Assembly: GCA_977020255.1 (NCBI GenBank)
Contig: CDROCS010000253.1
Coordinates: forward strand, 310,001-374,000
Length of the DNA stretch: 64,000 nucleotides
Source of the DNA: Obrimoposthia wandeli
Lineage: Eukaryota
Direction: 5' to 3'
The position numbers were made by a program, and so were the translations under genes. This document shows, one piece after another, positions 60,799-64,000 of this stretch (the stretch's first letter is position 1; each line of letters begins with the position of its first letter). A model generated the notes under the pieces. That model was not told the DNA's origin, did no database searches, and saw nothing but the letters and a program-made list of their open reading frames with translations.

Positions 60799-62163
60799 AT
60801 GGAAATCCCTATGACAAATGCCACTATTTTAATTGCTGATGATGATGAAGATATTCGTTTAGCATTAAATTTATTACTCAGCGCACAAGGGTATCAAATT
60901 ATTGAAGCGGCTAACGCTAAAGAAATCATCATAGAAAGTAACCGACAACAGCCTGACTTAGTACTGCTGGACATGAATTTTTCTCGGGATACTACCAGTG
61001 GTCAAGAAGGCTTAGCCATTTTAGAGCAGTTGCAGCCATTAAATATCCCGGTGATTTTAATGACCGCGTGGGGCTCAATAGAGCTTGCGGTACAAGGATT
61101 ACAAAAAGGCGCTAATGACTTTATAGAAAAACCATGGAACAAACTTAAGCTACTAAACAGTATTACACAGCAGTTAAGTTTTTCTCGCGTAAAAGAGCAA
61201 AATCAAGGTTACCGACAATTACTTGCGCCAGAGAATAAAAAAACCTGGGTATGCCAATCACCTAGCATGCAAGCCATTGAAACATTAGTAGAGCAAATAG
61301 CACCAACTGACGCCAATATATTAATATTAGGTGAAAATGGTACCGGTAAATCACTGCTAGCCGAGCGAATTCACCAATTATCATCACGCCAGCAAGCGCT
61401 ACTAATTACCGTTAACATGGCCGCTATTCCTGATAACTTATTTGAAAGTGAACTCTTTGGCCATCAAAAAGGCGCTTTTACCGATGCCAAACAAAACCGC
61501 GTCGGCCGCTTTCAACTTGCTGATAAAGGCACCTTGTTTTTTGATGAAATTGGCTCGCTACCACTAACACTGCAACCTAAGTTATTACGGGTGTTAGAAA
61601 CTGGCCAATATGAGATTTTAGGCTCAAGCCAAACGCAAGTCGCTGACGTTCGTTTAATTAGTGCGACCAATGCCGATCTTAACCAACTGGTCAGTGAACA
61701 AGGGTTTCGGCAAGATTTATTATACCGTTTAAATACTCTCGTTATTACCATACCGCCATTACGTCAACGACTCGAAGATATTGAAGCCTTAGCAACAAGC
61801 TTTATTGCTAAATTCAGTGAAAAGTATGGTAAACAAGCATTAATCATCAGCCCTTGTGCGCTCAGAAAATTAAAAAAACACAGTTGGCCGGGCAATATTC
61901 GTGAATTTAGTCATGTGATTGAACGTGCGGTATTGCTGACTGCTGGAGATGAAATGACTGCACTGCAACTGTTACTAGAAAGTACCGATAGCGCAAATGA
62001 TTCGGTAATATTACAACCACTTGAACAAGCAGAGAAGCAACTGATTGAAAAAGCGATGACGGTCACTGGCGGTCAAGTTATTGAGGCGGCAAAGTTACTC
62101 GATATTTCTCGTAATGCACTTTACCGACGTTTAGAGAAGTTTGCCATTCAACATGCCGAATAA
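60799..62163 (+). CDS. Sigma-54-dependent response regulator (REC-AAA+-HTH)
   Basis: IADDD, LLDMN, GENGTGKS, ESELFGHQKGAFTDA, FRQDLLYRL, WPGNIRE. Confidence 0.96.
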   Translation: MEIPMTNATILIADDDEDIRLALNLLLSAQGYQIIEAANAKEIIIESNRQQPDLVLLDMNFSRDTTSGQEGLAILEQLQPLNIPVILMTAWGSIELAVQGLQKGANDFIEKPWNKLKLLNSITQQLSFSRVKEQNQGYRQLLAPENKKTWVCQSPSMQAIETLVEQIAPTDANILILGENGTGKSLLAERIHQLSSRQQALLITVNMAAIPDNLFESELFGHQKGAFTDAKQNRVGRFQLADKGTLFFDEIGSLPLTLQPKLLRVLETGQYEILGSSQTQVADVRLISATNADLNQLVSEQGFRQDLLYRLNTLVITIPPLRQRLEDIEALATSFIAKFSEKYGKQALIISPCALRKLKKHSWPGNIREFSHVIERAVLLTAGDEMTALQLLLESTDSANDSVILQPLEQAEKQLIEKAMTVTGGQVIEAAKLLDISRNALYRRLEKFAIQHAE

Positions 62164-63511
62164 CAGGCAGAACAATATGAATAAGCCGACAAAGTCCTTC
62201 AAGTTAAAGTTAAGCCTAAAACTTAGCCATGAACAGTGGTTGATCTTTAGTTTAGCTAGTACTTTATTGGTGGTCTTGGCTTTAATTACTGCACTAACTT
62301 ACAGCATCGGCTGGAGTAAATTAGCGATCGCTACGTTAATTTTTTTTATGTCTTATCCGCTCATTTGGCTTGCTTGGCGTAGTTATAGTTTTTGGCGACA
62401 AGCCATTATGCAACTGACTACCTATACGCAAGTTATCCGCGAAGGTGAAACAAATCTACGCTTTAAAGTACAACACCAAGACAACTTGTTGGCTGAATTA
62501 CAACAGGAAATATCGGCTTTAGCTATAGGTAATACACATAAAGTACAACAAAACCAAACACTGGAAAATGTACTTAGCCATATCCTCGATTCTTGGCCTA
62601 TTCCTGTGTGCTTATTTGATGAAAATAATCAGTTAAGTTATCGCAATATCGCCATGAAAGAAAAAATCCAACAACCTATGCTTATTGGTGCCGCCGCAAA
62701 AGACTTAGGCTTCTCTATGGAAAATGGTAACTTAAGCCACAGCCAGTTCAATCAACAATGGCAGTGCCAGAGCATCAGTTACCTCTTTCAGCAAAAAAAG
62801 TGTCATATTTTTTCAGCTTTAGATATCTCTCAACCCTTGCATCAACAACAAAGTATTACCCAGCAAAACCTTATTCGCGTACTAGCCCATGAACTGCGTA
62901 ATTCCTTAACGCCAATGGCCTCCATGGCCGACACCCTATTATGCCATGACAGTTTTAACGAAGATCAGGTTCGCTTAGTATTAAGTCGGATAAGACAGCG
63001 AAGTAATCGCTTACTGAGCTTCATTGAACAGTACAGTCAGTTGAGTCACTTACCTACTCCGCAATCAAGCTGGTTTGATTTTAATGATTTACTTGATGAA
63101 GCCAAAGCCATGATCACCGAGCCTTGCACCATACATTATCAAGGCAATAACCAATGTTTTGCTGACGCACAACAAATGGCGCAAATACTCATTAATATTT
63201 TCAAGAATTCTCAAGAAGCTTGTGATGAAGAACATTGTCAGATTGACGTTAGTCTATTCTACCGACAAGTGAATGCTGGAGGCCACCAACAAACCAAACA
63301 GATAATTGAAATTACCGACAATGGCCCTGGTTTTGCTAACCTTGATAATGCTTTAACCCCTTTTTATACCACTAAAAGTCATGGTTCAGGTATCGGGCTA
63401 TCACTGTGCGCTGAAATAACGCGCAATCATGGTGGTGAGTTTGTTTTAGAAAATATCGACAATGGCGCAAAAATCACTATGTCATGGCCAGTAGACAATA
63501 CAATCCACTAA
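62141..63511 (+). CDS. Sensor histidine kinase (start possibly ~62177)
   Basis: Two TM helices, H-box LAHELRNSLTP, N-box NIFKN, DNGPGF, FYTTK..GSGIGL. Confidence 0.93.
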   Translation: MPFNMPNNRQNNMNKPTKSFKLKLSLKLSHEQWLIFSLASTLLVVLALITALTYSIGWSKLAIATLIFFMSYPLIWLAWRSYSFWRQAIMQLTTYTQVIREGETNLRFKVQHQDNLLAELQQEISALAIGNTHKVQQNQTLENVLSHILDSWPIPVCLFDENNQLSYRNIAMKEKIQQPMLIGAAAKDLGFSMENGNLSHSQFNQQWQCQSISYLFQQKKCHIFSALDISQPLHQQQSITQQNLIRVLAHELRNSLTPMASMADTLLCHDSFNEDQVRLVLSRIRQRSNRLLSFIEQYSQLSHLPTPQSSWFDFNDLLDEAKAMITEPCTIHYQGNNQCFADAQQMAQILINIFKNSQEACDEEHCQIDVSLFYRQVNAGGHQQTKQIIEITDNGPGFANLDNALTPFYTTKSHGSGIGLSLCAEITRNHGGEFVLENIDNGAKITMSWPVDNTIH

Positions 63512-63572
63512 GGTATGCAAGGTGTTTAAACTTGAATTTATTGATAATAGCTAAAACTTAAGTTATGCACAT

Positions 63573-63607
63573 AAAAAAATCCGATGAATATTATTCATCG
63601 GATTTTT
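63573..63607. terminator. Bidirectional intrinsic terminator
   Basis: AAAAAAATCCGATGAATA-T-TATTCATCGGATTTTT. Confidence 0.85.
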
Positions 63608-63855
63608 ATCTAATCGCCATTACCCAACTGTTTGGGAGGACGATAAGCTAACTAAATTACAGAGATTACTTTAGACAAATAAATGGGTAACTCCTATTCG
63701 TCTCGCCATCGCCACCATCAACCTTTATTAGTCAGTCATTGAAACACACACATTGTGTGATTCAATGACTTATTCAACTATCTTAGAGAAAATTTGATAG
63801 GCATATTTAAGAATGTAAATCATCCTCTTGTTTGTCTGCCTCTTATTTTCCTGTG

Positions 63856-64000
63856 CTATTTAATACAAATAGATAGATAGAGATTCGAAATAGTGTGACC
63901 ATCTGTTATGCGCCACACGGAGGCGAGCCACATATCGTATATTATCGCTTTTTTGCTTTCAGCTATCCAATATTTTTCCTCTGCTAGGCCTAAAGTGTTT
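63856..64000 (-). CDS. Possible C-terminal end of a gene entering from the right edge
   Basis: Open frame ...NTLGLAEEKYWIAESKKAIIYDMWLASVWRITDGHTISNLYLSICIK*; cannot be identified from this fragment. Confidence 0.35.
   Translation of the reverse strand, partial: NTLGLAEEKYWIAESKKAIIYDMWLASVWRITDGHTISNLYLSICIK

Noticed and set aside
404-61751. The many 60-110 aa ORFs in the track that overlap long genes (for example 404-631, 5556-6661, 8180-8380, 19353-19661, 25691-26164, 54660-54962, 59101-59373)
   Set aside because: They are antisense or out-of-frame shadows of well-supported genes, with no RBS or recognisable motifs.
1-64000. tRNA, rRNA, tmRNA, SRP, 6S, Spot 42 or CsrB genes
   Set aside because: No T-loop/cloverleaf or other diagnostic sequence seen by eye; a tRNAscan/Infernal run would be definitive.

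Overview
AT-rich gammaproteobacterial chromosome segment, most likely Colwellia or another Colwelliaceae member (inferred from gene order and protein style, not from a search). Most of the window is housekeeping: rpmE-priA-ftsN-hslVU, rraA, orn-rsgA-psd, fieF, trmL, gpsA-secB-grxC-rhodanese, gpmI-envC-yibQ, arfB, putA/putR and an rsuA-family synthase. Signalling genes are interleaved: an ECF sigma/anti-sigma pair, an MCP, two degenerate GGDEF(/EAL) proteins, one intact GAF-GAF-GGDEF-EAL protein, two HDOD proteins, a BlaI/BlaR1-TonB pair, and a sigma-54 two-component system with a MacAB-like exporter. Three things stand out. (1) A c-di-GMP-I riboswitch with its ligand-contacting bases conserved and its own sigma-70 promoter, but no downstream gene on its strand, next to catalytically degenerate c-di-GMP-domain genes. 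(2) A two-gene unit encoding an N-acyl amino acid synthase and a p-cresol-methylhydroxylase/vanillyl-alcohol-oxidase-type flavoprotein, behind a truncated exosortase-associated acyl-CoA ligase; this is a candidate N-acyl-dehydrotyrosine or enamide pathway. (3) A dense, modular set of TA-flanked ERIC/MITE-like intergenic repeats (about 10 copies, 36-313 bp). I saw no tRNA, rRNA, CRISPR array, transposase or prophage.
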